50,106 nt of DNA, taken from contig NIVC01000502.1 of the NCBI GenBank assembly GCA_002269645.1, positions 1 through 50,106 on the forward strand. The letters are read 5' to 3'. Origin of the DNA: Macrostomum lignano. Lineage: Eukaryota. Each line of letters begins with the position of its first letter. Position 1 is the stretch's first letter. This document shows, piece by piece, positions 12,745-25,456 of the stretch. The notes under the pieces are model-generated. The model did no database searches, had not been told where the DNA came from, and worked only from the letters and a program-made list of their open reading frames with translations. Made by a program: the position numbers and the translations under genes.

Positions 12745-13244
12745 GTATTTTTGCTGCTTCGCTTATTCAGAATTTACTTATTAATAATATCGCCTTTATC
12801 TACTAACAAACCCTAATACTATAGTCAGGAAATGAGTATGAGTTGCGCCGGTCGCAGCAGCTAGCAGATAGAAGACTAACCATTATTCTAACTATTAACC
12901 GCCTTTCGCTTATTAATTACTGTCTCGGACACTGACACTTTCCTATAACACTTACCTTGCACTTTTCTATGCACCTAATTGTTTATTAGTTTTGCTATTT
13001 TTATTTCTGTTGCATAGTCCTACTTAATACAGACTGCATGCAGCAGCTGGTCCTCACTAAGTTTTGTTTGATGTGGTATTTCTCATGGTACCTGTATCTA
13101 TCTACTCCGGGCGTCTATGTACCTTAATTATAAATCTACTCTATTATCTACCTTACCCTAAATTCTTATTTATCTACTCTATCATTAAATTACCATAGTT
13201 TTTTATCTACCCTAGTATCCATCTGTCATAATATTAATCAACCC

Positions 13245-13733
13245 AGATATCTATCTACCCTAATATCTATCTACCCTAATATCTATCTACCCTGATATCT
13301 ATCTACCCTAATATCTGTCTACCCTAATATCTATCTACCCTAATATCTATCTACCCTGATATCTATCTACCCTAATATCTATCTACCCTAATATCTATCT
13401 ACCCTAATATCTATCTACCCTAATATCTATCTACCCTGATATCTATCTACCCTAATATCTATCTACCCTAATATCTATCTACCCTAATATCTATCTACCG
13501 TAATATCTATCTACCCTAATATCTATCTACCCTAATATCTATCTACCCTAATATCTATCTACCCTAATATCTATCTACTCGAATATCTATCTACCCTGAT
13601 ATCTATCTACCGTAATATCTATCTACCCTGAAATCTATCTACCCTGATATCTATCTAGCCTAATATCTATCTACTCGAATATCTATCTACCCTGATATAT
13701 ATCTACCCTAATATCTATCTACCTTAATATCTA
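13245..13733 (+). repeat. 17-bp minisatellite (CTAATATCTATCTACCC)n
   Basis: About 28 units, each containing a TATCTATC core. Confidence 0.95.
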
Positions 13734-14164
13734 CCCTCTCTCATCTCTCTCCTCATATAATCGATTTCTCCAACTTAGAAGCATCGCCGCAAGGCGAGTC
13801 TCGCTGCCGAGAAAAGGAAGAAGACTGCAAGAAAAAAACTTATCGAATCGAATGTAAAAAAATTCAGTCTCGTCAAGCCCTACAGGGAAATCAGAGGGAC
13901 ATCCCGACGGAGCATGGACACGCAGAAGCAGTTTCTGTTCTTCGATCCAGTCCGCACATACGCAAACTGGATCCGTTGACTGAAAAATTTGCCGGCAAAG
14001 GCTGTTGGGGAATTTGGAAAAAGCAGAAGAGTAAGACAAATAACAGAGTAAGACATCTGAAAGTAGCGAAAATTCAGATAGGCTTTTGCCCTCTCCTTGG
14101 CTCAAAACACTTGTTCATCTGTCATATCATCAGCTGACGGATCTGCTTTCGTGTCTGTCCGATT

Positions 14165-14960
14165 GTCTGTTTAATGTCCTATTGTGTCTGTCTTAATGTC
14201 TTTGTGTCTGTCTCATTGCCCTATTGTGTCTGTCTTAATGTCTTTGTGTCTGTCTCATTGCCCTATTGTGTCTGTCTTAATGTCTTTGTGTCTGTCTCAT
14301 TGCCCTATTGTGTCTGTCTTAATGTCTTAGTGTCTGTCTCATTGCCCTATTGTGTCTGTCTTAATGTCTTTGTGTCTGTCTCATTGCCCTATTGTGTCTG
14401 TCTTAATGTCTTAGTGTCTGTCCCATTGCCCTATTGTGTCTGTCTTAATGTCTTAGTGTCTGTCCCATTGCCCTATTGTGTCTGTCTTAATGTCTTAGTG
14501 TCTGTCTCATTGCCCTATTGTGTCTGTCTCATTGCCCTATTGTGTCTGTCTTAATGTCTTTGTGTACGTCTGTCTCATTACCCTATTGTGTCTGTCTTAA
14601 TGTCTTTGTGTACGTCTGTCTCATTGCCCTATTGTGTCTGTCTTAATGTCTTTGTGTCTGTCTCATTGCTCTATTGTGTCTGTATTAATGTCTTTGCGTC
14701 TGTCTCATTGCCCTATTGTGTCTGTCTTAATGTCTTTGTGTCTGTCTCATTGCTCTATTGTGTCTGTCTTAATGTCTTTGTGTCTGTCTCATTGCTCTAT
14801 TGTGTCTGTCTCATTGCCCTATTGTGTCTGTCTCATTGCCCTATTGTGTCTGTCTTAATGTCTTTGCGTCTGTCTCATTGCCCTATTGTGTCTGTCTTAA
14901 TGTCTTTGTGTACGTCTGTCTCATTGCCCTATTGTGTCTGTCTTAATGTCTTTGTGTCTG
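14165..14960 (+). repeat. 42-bp minisatellite (GTGTCTGTCTTAATGTCTTTGTGTCTGTCTCATTGCCCTATT)n
   Basis: Direct reading; 14-aa period in ORF 14174-14554. Confidence 0.95.
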
Positions 14961-14999
14961 TAGTGTCTGTCTTAGTGTCTTAGTACCTTAGTATCTGTA

Positions 15000-15172
15000 G
15001 TGTCTGTCTGTCTGTGTCTGTCTGTGTCTGTCTGTGTCTGTCTGTGTCTGTCTGTGTCTGTCTGTGTCTGTCTGTGTCTGTCTGTGTCTGTCTGTGTCTG
15101 TCTGTGTCTGTCTGTGTCTGTCTGTGTCTGTCTGTGTCTGTCTGTGTCTGTCTGTGTCTGTCTGTGTCTGTG
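15000..15172 (+). repeat. 10-bp repeat (TCTGTGTCTG)n
   Basis: About 17 perfect units. Confidence 0.97.
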
Positions 15173-15824
15173 TCCTAGAGCAAGTCTTGACTTCATCCTG
15201 AGCTCCTGGCGGGGTCTACAGCTGTACTTCACAACGCATGCTTAAAAAACGAAACAAGCGAATTTTGCTTGAATTCCCGGACACGCCAGCGTTAACTGTA
15301 ATGTTTTTAAGTCTCATATATTAATCCTGGCGCGTTCGCTTCGGTTTCACAGCCCACAGCAGCAGTGACATGCATGAAACAAATACACTGTATCATTGTA
15401 GTGCTTCTCTCCGCGCTTTTTGCTGCTTTTGCTAATTGCTTTGCATGGTGGGGGAGGGAGGCTGGCAGACCGAACCCCCTGCCATAGAGATTCAGCATCA
15501 TAATAAGCAACCGTTCCCCCACTTTCCCACACGGGCCTACATAGCTGTGACAGCCTGCTTCAGAAGCCACTGTGCGCCCTTTGTTCGGCTTCTGTAATTA
15601 TGCTCTGTCTGAAAAGGGGCCGGGTGACTTTCTAAGAAACCCGACACCCGCCTATGGCTTGAGTTTTGCAACTGGTAGCGTTTGTGTTTGACTGAAATCT
15701 GGATACTTTCTGGATAGTGCTGCTGCGTAGGGTTTTGCTTCCCAGCTTGGCTGAATACTGGGGCTTTCGCATGAGTGATTTATCACTGAGTGACTGCCTG
15801 CGATTGCTGCACTGCCTTTCACCC

Positions 15825-15829
<5 letters not shown>

Positions 15830-15919
<90 letters not shown>

Positions 15920-15947
15920 CATCTATCTATCTATCTATCCATCTATC

Positions 15948-16032
<85 letters not shown>

Positions 16033-16041
16033 GTCTATCTG

Positions 16042-16092
<51 letters not shown>

Positions 16093-16093
16093 G

Positions 16094-16189
<96 letters not shown>

Positions 16190-16190
16190 C

Positions 16191-16227
<37 letters not shown>

Positions 16228-16228
16228 A

Positions 16229-16294
<66 letters not shown>

Positions 16295-16295
16295 A

Positions 16296-16340
<45 letters not shown>
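15830..16340 (+). repeat. (TATC)n microsatellite, ~0.5 kb
   Basis: Direct reading. Confidence 0.99.
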
Positions 16341-16904
16341 GTCCTGCAGAATTGCCAAATTCCAATAGACTTCATCAGTCAGATACCCAAAGCGGCATTC
16401 ATCTCTCAAAGGCCCTTATCGATGTGGCTGATTTTTAGGTGCGGGCCTTTGACTAAGCATGAATTATTAATTAGATCAGAGGGGAGCACATTGATGGCCC
16501 ATTAGAAATGATTTTAATCCCTTAGGGGCCAACTGCGCTGGGTTTTAGTGAAACCTGAGGTGGGAAGGCGCCAGAGAGGGTCAGAGAGCAGGGAAATTAA
16601 AATTCCAAATCCCAAAATGGGATCGTAAAAATATGACCGCTCTGGCGAAAAATGGAATTATTCGTTTCCCCACCAACTGCAGAGATCCCTCCATTCAACG
16701 AGTCATTAAAAGGCTTGGGAAGCCCCGGCTTGTTATCAAGATCCCATGGGAATCAGAACGAGAAGGGACGAGAAGCGACTGTCTCCATAAATGTGCTTTT
16801 CTTTTTTAAATGCAGCAACAGGATCGAGTAATTCATTTGTAACATTTCTGCCTTCAGAGATTATTGGTCTAGTTAACAGATCGTAAGCGCGGGAATTCGA
16901 ATTT

Positions 16905-17430
16905 AGGGTTGAGAATGGGATAGAGACAGAGTGAGAATGGGATAGAGACAGAGTGAGAATGGGATAGAGACAGAGTGAGAATGGGATAGAGACAGAGTGA
17001 GAATGGGATAGAGATAGAGTGAGAATGGGATAGAGATAGAGTAAGAATGGGATAGAGACAGAGTAAGAATGGGATAGAGATAGAGTGAGAATGGGATAGA
17101 GATAGAGTGAGAATGGGATAGAGACAGAGTAAGAATGGGATAGAGACAGAGTGAGAATGGGATAGAGATAGAGTGAGAATGGGATAGAGACAGAGTGAGA
17201 ATGGGATAGAGACAGAGTGAGAATGGGATAGAGACAGAGTGAGAATGGGATAGAGACAGAGTGAGAATGGGATAGAGACAGAGTGAGAATGGGATAGAGA
17301 CAGAGTGAGAATGGGATAGAGACAGAGTGAGAATGGGATAGAGACAGAGTGAGAATGGGATAGAGACAGAGTGAGAATGGGATAGAGACAGAGTGAGAAT
17401 GGGATAGAGACAGATTGAGAATGAGATACT
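16905..17430 (+). repeat. 22-bp purine-rich minisatellite (GAGTGAGAATGGGATAGAGACA)n
   Basis: About 23 units. Confidence 0.96.
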
Positions 17431-17823
17431 CAACGTTGCAAGTTTACGAAAGCATGTTTATTTAGCATCTCATCTGTCTCGAGGCTGTTTCGATTGGAGC
17501 TACCAGCTTCCTATAATTAGTTCCCTATGCAGTAAAGTACCCAAAATCAAATTAAAATGTCTACGTTCGATGCCGAAGTTCATCGCTGTTTAAAAAGGTT
17601 CAATTAATTTATGTAGGGGTAGGCCTAGCTAATCTCTTGCTTTAATTCCGAGTTGTCTTTATTATCTTTAGCTTGGTGTATAATAATATTTTTGGTGCTG
17701 TACCACATTTAATAAACTATTCTCAATCCGTTCTGAGAATCCGTGCCACCAAGAAACCAAATTAAATACTGTTGTTCTTTTCGCTTACTATAAGTAGTTT
17801 CCATCAAATTTACCAATTTTCAG

Positions 17824-18004
17824 TGCCTACCGACATCGGGATTTCCAGGCGGAAAACGTGCAGCCGTTGCCGACGCAAAAAGCGGCATCCCGGTTTATCA
17901 GCCCGGCGCGGCCGCCTCCTATCAGCAGCAGCTGACGGCCGCTGCTTTTCAATTGCCACCCAACCAGCAGGGCCCCGCCACCGGCGCTTTTATACCGACT
18001 TCGT
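17824..18004 (+). CDS. mbl: Muscleblind-like, C-terminal conserved exon
   Basis: TTTTCAG| CLPTSGFPGGKRAAVADAKSGIPVYQPGAAASYQQQLTAAAFQLPPNQQGPATGAFIPTS T|GTAAGC. The KR.A..KSGIPVYQPG...YQQ motif matches invertebrate Mbl C-termini as I recall them; phase 0 start, phase 1 end. Confidence 0.8.
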
Positions 18005-18498
18005 GTAAGCAAATATTTACCTTTGTTAAGTTGTTTTTCGATGCATATCGGCTATAGTCTTTAGTTGGGTTGCCTATCTTCAACATCTATTAATAATAGA
18101 AAGTTTAATTAAGTAAATATGAATCATTATAGCTATAATTATAAGTTGTAATTGAAAAAATAATTCATTATTTTTCGTTAAAATGCCTAGAACCTGTTTC
18201 TGTAATAATTTTTCAATACATATCAGCAAGTCTAATATTCAATTTTTGATTTCGCGAAAAAGGAGTCCAGTAGACATATATTATTTCGATACATATCGGC
18301 TAGGTAATGTAAATGCTATTTTTACTACAATCGATTTTGTATATTGTTCTCTGCACATACTTTGCTTTTGATCAAAACACGTAAAGGAAGTAAGTCCAAT
18401 TCAAATACGGATAGGTAGTACATCTGCTTAATTTAGTTTCCTTCGATACCATAAACATATCGCGGCCATAAAATTGCTTAAACTGTTTCCAATTCCAG

Positions 18499-18551
18499 GG
18501 ACTGGAGATCTATTTCAAGAAGCTTCGTGTCCAACTCTCACCTGGGTTTGA
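18499..18551 (+). CDS. mbl: Candidate mbl terminal coding exon (WTGDLFQEASCPTLTWV*)
   Basis: Acceptor TTTCCAATTCCAG| compatible with the phase-1 donor at 18004; AATAAA signals follow at ~18640 and ~18673. No homology support. Confidence 0.25.
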
Positions 18552-19579
18552 ACTACCATGGAGCGCTTGAAACTCAGCTAAAAAGGTGATAAGCCCCTGC
18601 TATACTCGTAGATATAGAATCCACTTTACTGCATGTGAGAATAAAAATATCGATTTTTTACCAGGTTGAATCAATAAAAATTTGAAGCTAGCTAATGCTC
18701 CCGTTTGGATACAATTTTACAAGCCCGGCTGATGAAGCGAGAACCCGCATTGTAAAAAAGCAAAAAACTCCTCTATTCAATTGATCCCCATCCCAGCAGA
18801 AAATCATTTCAATTTTCAATGAAGCTAAACGCTCAACAACCAGCAGCTTGGTTGGGTGGAAATCTGCCGCCTTCATGCTCCCATTCTCAGTCGGGCAGAT
18901 GAAACAAAAAAATTTAACAATGCCATAAATTTATTAGCCATCTGAGATGGAAAAATTGTCGATTCCGCATGGCCTGACGGATTTTTTTAATGGCTCCGAT
19001 AAATTTTACTTACAATGCTCTAACTAACTGCTCGTAAGTAGCCAAGTCTAAGGTTTTGTTAATATTCTTCCACTTGCATTTCAGATAATATCTGAAGATA
19101 ATTGAAAATTGGAAAACAAATAGTGCTTGCGAGTCCAACGATGGAAGTCTAAAATTTATATGAACTGCAGTCATATAGTATACTGTAAATTTCCCTTATC
19201 AATTCACTAAAACAATATTAGCAGTATGTGTAGTATACAATATTTATATATTGCTGTTTGCAAGACTGCACGTATGAACACCAATATTAGGCAAATATTT
19301 TGGTGTCCGTTACATGTAGTTCTGTATAAAATCACATATGATTTACCATGCAGTTTAATAAATCTGTGTATTTTATTCGTCAATATTTAATTTATTAAAA
19401 GTTAAATTTGTTTTAAAATTTGGCGTACCAGGTTTTTTATATATTAGTAGTTTGTTTATGTGTCGATCCTCCACAAATTTTAAAGTCTGTCTCTTCCGTT
19501 TTGTATTTTGCATATTTTTCTGTCTTTCCCTTTTCGTGTAATATTTTCAATACCACGTTGGAAACCCGGACTAAATCAG

Positions 19580-20675
19580 TGACCCCTAGCTACCACCGTG
19601 AGGTTCATTCAGTGACCCCTGGCTACCATCAAGGTCCTTCCAGTGACCCCTAGCTACCATCAAGAAGGTCCTTCCAGTGACCCCTAGCTACCATCAAGAA
19701 GGTCCTTCCAGTGACCCCTAGCTACCATCAAGAAGGTCCTTCCAGTGCCCCCTAGCTACCATCAAGAAGGTCCTTCCAGTGCCCCCTAGCTACCATCAAG
19801 AAGGTCCTTCCAGTGGCCCCTAGCTACCATCAAGAAGGTCCTTCCAGTGACCCCTAGCTACCATCAAGAAGGTCCTTCCAGTGCCCCCTAGCTACCATCA
19901 AGAAGGTCCTTCCAGTGACCCCTAGCTACCATCAAGAAGGTCCTTCCAGTGCCCCCTAGCTACCATCAAGAAGGTCCTTCCAGTGACCCCTAGCTACCAT
20001 CAAGAAGGTCCTTCCAGTGCCCAATAGCTACCATCAAGCTACCATCAAGGTCCTTCCAGTGCCCAATAGCTACCATCAAGCTACCATCAAGAAGGTCCTT
20101 CCAGTGCCCAATAGCTACCATCAAGCTACCATCAAGAAGGTCCTTCCAGTGCCCAATAGCTACCATCAAGCTACCATCAAGAAGGTCCTTCCAGTGCCCA
20201 ATAGCTACCATCAAGCTACCATCAAGAAGGTCCTTCCAGTGCCCAATAGCTACCATCAAGCTACCATCAAGAAAACCCTTCCAGTGCCCCCTAGCTACCA
20301 TCAAGAAGGTCCTTCCAGTGCCCCCTAGCTACCATCAAGAAGGTCCTTCCAGTGCCCCCTAGCTACCATCAAGAAGGTCCTTCCAGTGCCCCCTAGCTAC
20401 CATCAAGAAGGTCCTTCCAGTGACCCCTAGCTACCATCAAGAAGGTCCTTCCAGTGCCCAATAGCTACCATCAAGAAGGTCCTTCCAGTGACCCCTAGCT
20501 ACCATCAAGAAGGTCCTTCCAGTGCCCCCTAGCTACCATCAAGAAGGTCCTTCCAGTGCCCCCTAGCTACCATCAAGAAGGTCCTTCCAGTGACCCCTAG
20601 CTACCATCAAGAAGGTCCTTCCAGTGCCCCCTAGCTACCATCAAGAAGGTCCTTCCAGTGCCCCCTAGCTACCAC
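19580..20675 (+). repeat. 34-bp minisatellite (CAGTGACCCCTAGCTACCATCAAGAAGGTCCTTC)n with a central block of 45-bp variants
   Basis: Period measured as 34 (19681 to 19715). Units at ~20010-20280 carry an extra 11-bp CTACCATCAAG duplication. Confidence 0.96.
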
Positions 20676-20814
20676 CACGAGAGCCGCCCATTCACCCCAG
20701 TACGTACGCAGTTCAGAACCTTCAGTCTTCAGCCTTCAGTCTTCACATCACTATTGATCCGCAGAGAAACCTGCCACAAATAAAGATGACGCAATCGGCA
20801 TACAAGTTGAAAAG

Positions 20815-20955
20815 GTTCTGCTTTCAGCAGTAAATTGCTAATTTATTTATTTGTTACTAAACATTACAAGCATTGCTTTGTGCAAACGCGAAACGCTCTG
20901 CTAAACTCTGTTTGCTGTTTGCTTTTCACTATTTTTTCGGCTTCGCTCGCTATAA
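20815..20955 (+). promoter_or_regulatory. YGCY-motif cluster in U-rich context; putative MBNL-binding element in the mbl 3' region
   Basis: Nine TGCT/CGCT motifs counted in about 140 nt. YGCY is the established MBNL-binding motif. Confidence 0.45.
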
Positions 20956-21289
20956 ATTCATAACTATTACTTGTCTCTCTGTGTATTTTGTTTGTTTTTT
21001 GTAGCTTTTAACTTGCTAATTTCAATGTACTATTGATAAAGTTGATTTCCCCTCTGATTCTGCCCGTGCCTCGTGTCATGCTCTTTAAAGTTCTGCATGT
21101 ACTTATACAGCAAATTGAATCACTGCAGGCGTGTTAACATTTCTCTTGCTATTTTTTCTACCGATCATATGTATTACGTCTGTGTCTCAAAACAAATACA
21201 CAATATAGAAGTGCATGATCATGGAAATCAATCAATATTGATACCAACAGTTGGATAGCAAACTTGTTTGGATGTGTTTCAGCCCAATA

Positions 21290-22434
21290 TGGGATCAGTA
21301 TCTGAGTTTGGGATCAGTCTATGAATGTGTGATCAATCTCTGATGAGGGATCAATACATGAATGTTTGATCTATACATGAATGTGGGATCAATACATGTA
21401 TGTGGGATCAATACATGAATGTTTGATCAATACATGAATGTTTGATCAATACATGAATGTGGGATCAATACATGAATGTGGGATCAATACATGAATGTGG
21501 GATCAATGCATAAATATGGGATCAATGCATGAATGTTTGATCTATACATGAATGTGGGATCAATACATGAATGTGATATCAATACATGAATGTGGGATCA
21601 ATACATGAATGTTTGATCAATACATGAATGTGGGATCAATACATGAATGTTTGATCTATACATGAATGTGGGATCAATACATGAATGTTTGATCAATACA
21701 TGAATGTGGGATCAATACATGAATGTGGGATCAATACATGAATGTTTGATCAATACATGAATGTTTGATCTATACATGAATGTGGGATCAATACATGAAT
21801 GTGGGATCAATACATGAATGTGGGATCAATACATGAATGTGGGATCAATACATGAATGTGTAATCAATACATGAATGTGGGATCAATACATGAATGTGGG
21901 ATCAATACATGAATGTTTGATCAATACATGAATGTTTGATCTATACATGAATGTGGGATCAATACATGAATGTTTGATCTATACATGAATGTGGGATCAA
22001 TACATGAATGTGGGATCAATACATGAATGTGGGATCAATACATGAATGTGGGATCAATACATGAATGTTTGATCAATACATGAATGTTTGATCTATACAT
22101 GAATGTTTGATCAATACATGAATGTGGGATCAATACATGAATGTGGGATCAATACATGAATGTGGGATCTATACATGAATGTTTGATCAATACATGAATG
22201 TGGGATCAATACATGAATGTGGGATCAATACATGAATGTGGGATCAATACATGAATGTGGGATCAATACATGAATGCGGGATCAATACATGAATGTTTGA
22301 TCAATACATGAATGTGTTTGATCAATACATGAATGTGGAATCAATACATGAATGTGGGATCAATGCATGAATGTGGGATCAATACATGAATGTGGGATCA
22401 ATGCATAAATATGGGATCAATACATGAATGTGGG
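21290..22434 (+). repeat. 19-bp minisatellite (GATCAATACATGAATGTGG/TTT)n
   Basis: About 58 units read directly. Confidence 0.96.
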
Positions 22435-22756
22435 CAGGGGAGTTGCCATGCATAGATTTTATGGAGCCATGAATTCTTCATGTACATGTACATTATTTAC
22501 ATTGTACATATTGTACATAATGTACATTATTCTCAGAATCGGTGTTGTAAGCGCTCATTTTGGCGCTGCAGGCACGATTATTTCGGTGCCGCAGGCCCTA
22601 TATTTTGTCACCCTGAAGCAAAAGTATTGATTTCCATACCGGGCCACAAGGTTGGGTGAGTGTGGGGGGGGGCAAATAAAGCATTGTATGGCATTGCCCC
22701 ATAGCTTTTACTGGGGGACATACCCCCTCCCCCCCCCCCCGGTTGCGACGCCCCTG
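22435..22756. mobile_element. hAT-like MITE (~322 bp)
   Basis: Imperfect TIR CAGGGG(A/C)GT(T/C)GC, with the 8-bp direct repeat AATGTGGG at 22427-22434 and 22757-22764. Caveat: that 8-mer is part of the host satellite unit. Confidence 0.6.
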
Positions 22757-24075
22757 AATGTGGGGATCAATCTCAGAATGTATAACAATTAATGTGTGAT
22801 CAACGTATGAAATTGGATCACTATAATATGAATGTGATAAATCTCTGATGAGGGAATATGATCGAATTAGGACCAATCTTAAAATGTTGGATTAATGATG
22901 GCTGAGTGGGGGGATCCAATATCGGTCCAAGTATATCGATCCAATATCCTAATGTCGGTGGAATTTATTTCAGAAAATGGGTAGGGAGATCCATCTCTTA
23001 ATCTTGGATCAATGGGACTGTGCGATAAATCTCAAATACATTGAGACACGCATAAATGAACATCTTCGCAGTTCGCACAGCCCCGTTGGGAACTGTCAAA
23101 CAGTGTAGCAGCTAGAATGTAGATTAGGCCCTATTAATTAAAAGATAAGATAAGATGAGCAAAGATGACGCTAATACTATATTTAGATTTGAGTCACCGA
23201 AATTTCGTCGAGAGTTTAAAAGTGAACTTCAGCGTCAAAGATAATAAAAACTGGACTGTGGGATTGACGCATGCATGTTGCACGCCTATTTTTGAGCTAA
23301 GTGGTGAAAAACTGAAACTCTTTTAAGCACTAATATAATCGCTGTGCTTAGTGCTAGGCTTGCTGGTTGCAAAAGCTTTCGTTTCGCCCTGTCTTTCTTC
23401 GGTCTTGTCTCCTGTCCAAAAGCAATAGGCATATATCTACAGCAAGAGAGTAGTAGGGCTTTTTACTGCGCAAAGCTCGCGGCTAGCCGTGTAATCCACT
23501 CCACTAGTCCAAAAACGCACGGCTAGCCAAGTGGATCCACCGTGGACCCACACTGGGCTAGCCTACTGGCTGTAAAGCAAACCCCAGGCCCGGGGAAGGG
23601 GGGTTAGTGGTTAAATCAGTGTACACTGGTCCCGCTGTGTAGATTCTGCCGCCTGTACATTTGTACATTTGTGCCCCGCCCTAATTTTGTCTCTCATCAA
23701 CCCCCTTCCGCTGTACACTCGTGAAGAGAGAGAGAGGAGAGAGGCAAGAAAACAAGCGAAGATTATCAAGTCGTAGAGCTATTCCGCTGTTTATGCGTCC
23801 TCTGTTCAGTTTAAATTGTAGAGAGCGCTTAACAAATTTTTGCTTTAGACTACGCTCTACCTAAGCTGCAAGCAGTGCAAAGATACGCTAGCAGCAGGCT
23901 ATTATATAGAATAAAAGAACGAACCTGTCGAAGCACAATAGCCTACCTATAGGAGCATTTCTTATAAATAGACAGAATATTTACTGTGTTGCACCTGGCT
24001 GACTAAGCTCCAAGTAGCAACTTTGACGAAAATTACAATACGCTAGCTAAACGAGAGACTTGACTAGGCTTGAAT

Positions 24076-24375
24076 ATGCCTGCTCAGGTGCCTACTAACA
24101 AACCAAGCGAACTGCTTGACAATGATGAGAACAACCTAGTGTTCAGTCTGCTTGGTCCCAAGTGCATCACCTTGGCAACTACAGTTGCTCAACTATACTA
24201 CGGCGAAAACAATCGTTGGACCCACATGGGTACCGGCATTCTGTGCTTTGTTCGCGATGCCAATGTTCGCTCGTTCTTCCTGCGGTTCTACGATATCGAA
24301 CAGCGAAAGATGCTGTTTGAGCAGGAGATCTACAAAAATATGGCTTATGACAATAAATATGCATTCTTCCACCAG
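24076..24375 (+). CDS. WASp: WASP/N-WASP family protein (copy 1), exon 1: WH1/EVH1 domain N-terminal part
   Basis: PSELLDNDENNLVFSLLGPKCITLATTVAQLY...W....GILCFVRD...RSFFLRFYD......FEQEIY is a WH1 signature; donor CAG|GTAAGT at 24375/24376, phase 0. Confidence 0.95.
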
Positions 24376-24450
24376 GTAAGTCTACTACCTTTATTATCCA
24401 TTTGATCTTGGTTCGCTTTCGCTCCTTGTTCTTATTGTTATTGACTTCTT

Positions 24451-25440
24451 CACTGCAGCATCCTGACCCTTGATCCTCCACTGCAGCATCCTGACCCTTG
24501 ATCCTCCACTGCAGCATCCTGACCCTTGATCCTCCACTGCAGCATCCTGACCCTTGATCCTCCACTGCAGCATCCTGACCCTTGATCCTCCACTGCAGCA
24601 TCCTGACCCTTGATCCTCCACTGCAGCATCCTTGATCCTCCTCTCCAACCTCCTTGATCCTCCTCTCCAACCTCCTTGATCCTCCTCTCCAACCTCCTTG
24701 ATCCTCCTCTCCAACCTCCTTGATCCTCCTCTCCAACCTTGATCCTCCTCTCCAACCTCCTTGATCCTCCTCTCCAACCTCCTTGATCCTCCTCTCTAAC
24801 CTCCTTGATCCTCCTCTCCAACCTCCTTGATCCTCCTCTCCAACCTTGATCCTCCTCTCCAACCTCCTTGATCCTCCTCTCCAACCTTGATCCTCCTCTC
24901 CAACCTCCTTGATCCTCCTCTCCAACCTTGATCCTCCTCTCCAACCTCCTTGATCCTCCTCTCCAACCTTGATCCTCCTCTCCAACCTCCTTGATCCTCC
25001 TCTCCAACCTTGATCCTCCTCTCCAACCTCCTTGATCCTCCTCTCCAACCTTGATCCTCCTCTCCAACCTCCTTGATCCTCCTCTCCAACCTCCTTGATC
25101 CTCCTCTCCAACCTCCTTGATCCTCCTCTCCAACCTCCTTGATCCTCCTCTCCAACCTTGATCCTCCTCTCCAACCTCCTTGATCCTCCTCTCCAACCTC
25201 CTTGATCCTCCTCTCCAACCTTGATCCTCCTCTCCAACCTCCTTGATCCTCCTCTCCAACCTTGATCCTCCTCTCCAACCTCCTTGATCCTCCTCTCCAA
25301 CCTTGATCCTCCTCTCCAACCTCCTTGATCCTCCTCTCCAACCTCCTTGATCCTCCTCTCCAACCTCCTTGATCCTCCTCCAACCTTGATCCTCCTCTCC
25401 AACCTCCTTGATCCTCCTCTCGAACCTCCTTGATCCTCCA
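24451..25440 (+). repeat. Composite intronic array: 28-bp unit (CACTGCAGCATCCTGACCCTTGATCCTC) x~6, then 22/19-bp units (TTGATCCTCCTCTCCAACC[TCC])
   Basis: Fills almost the whole WASP copy-1 intron 24376-25456; explains the long antisense ORFs at 24179-25800. Confidence 0.96.
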
Positions 25441-25456
25441 TCCTTCACAAACGCAG

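Noticed and set aside
19580-22434. CRISPR-like appearance of the 34-bp, 19-bp and (at 30590-32040) 22-bp arrays
   Set aside because: Units are head-to-tail with no unique spacers, there are no cas genes, and the context is a spliced eukaryotic locus.
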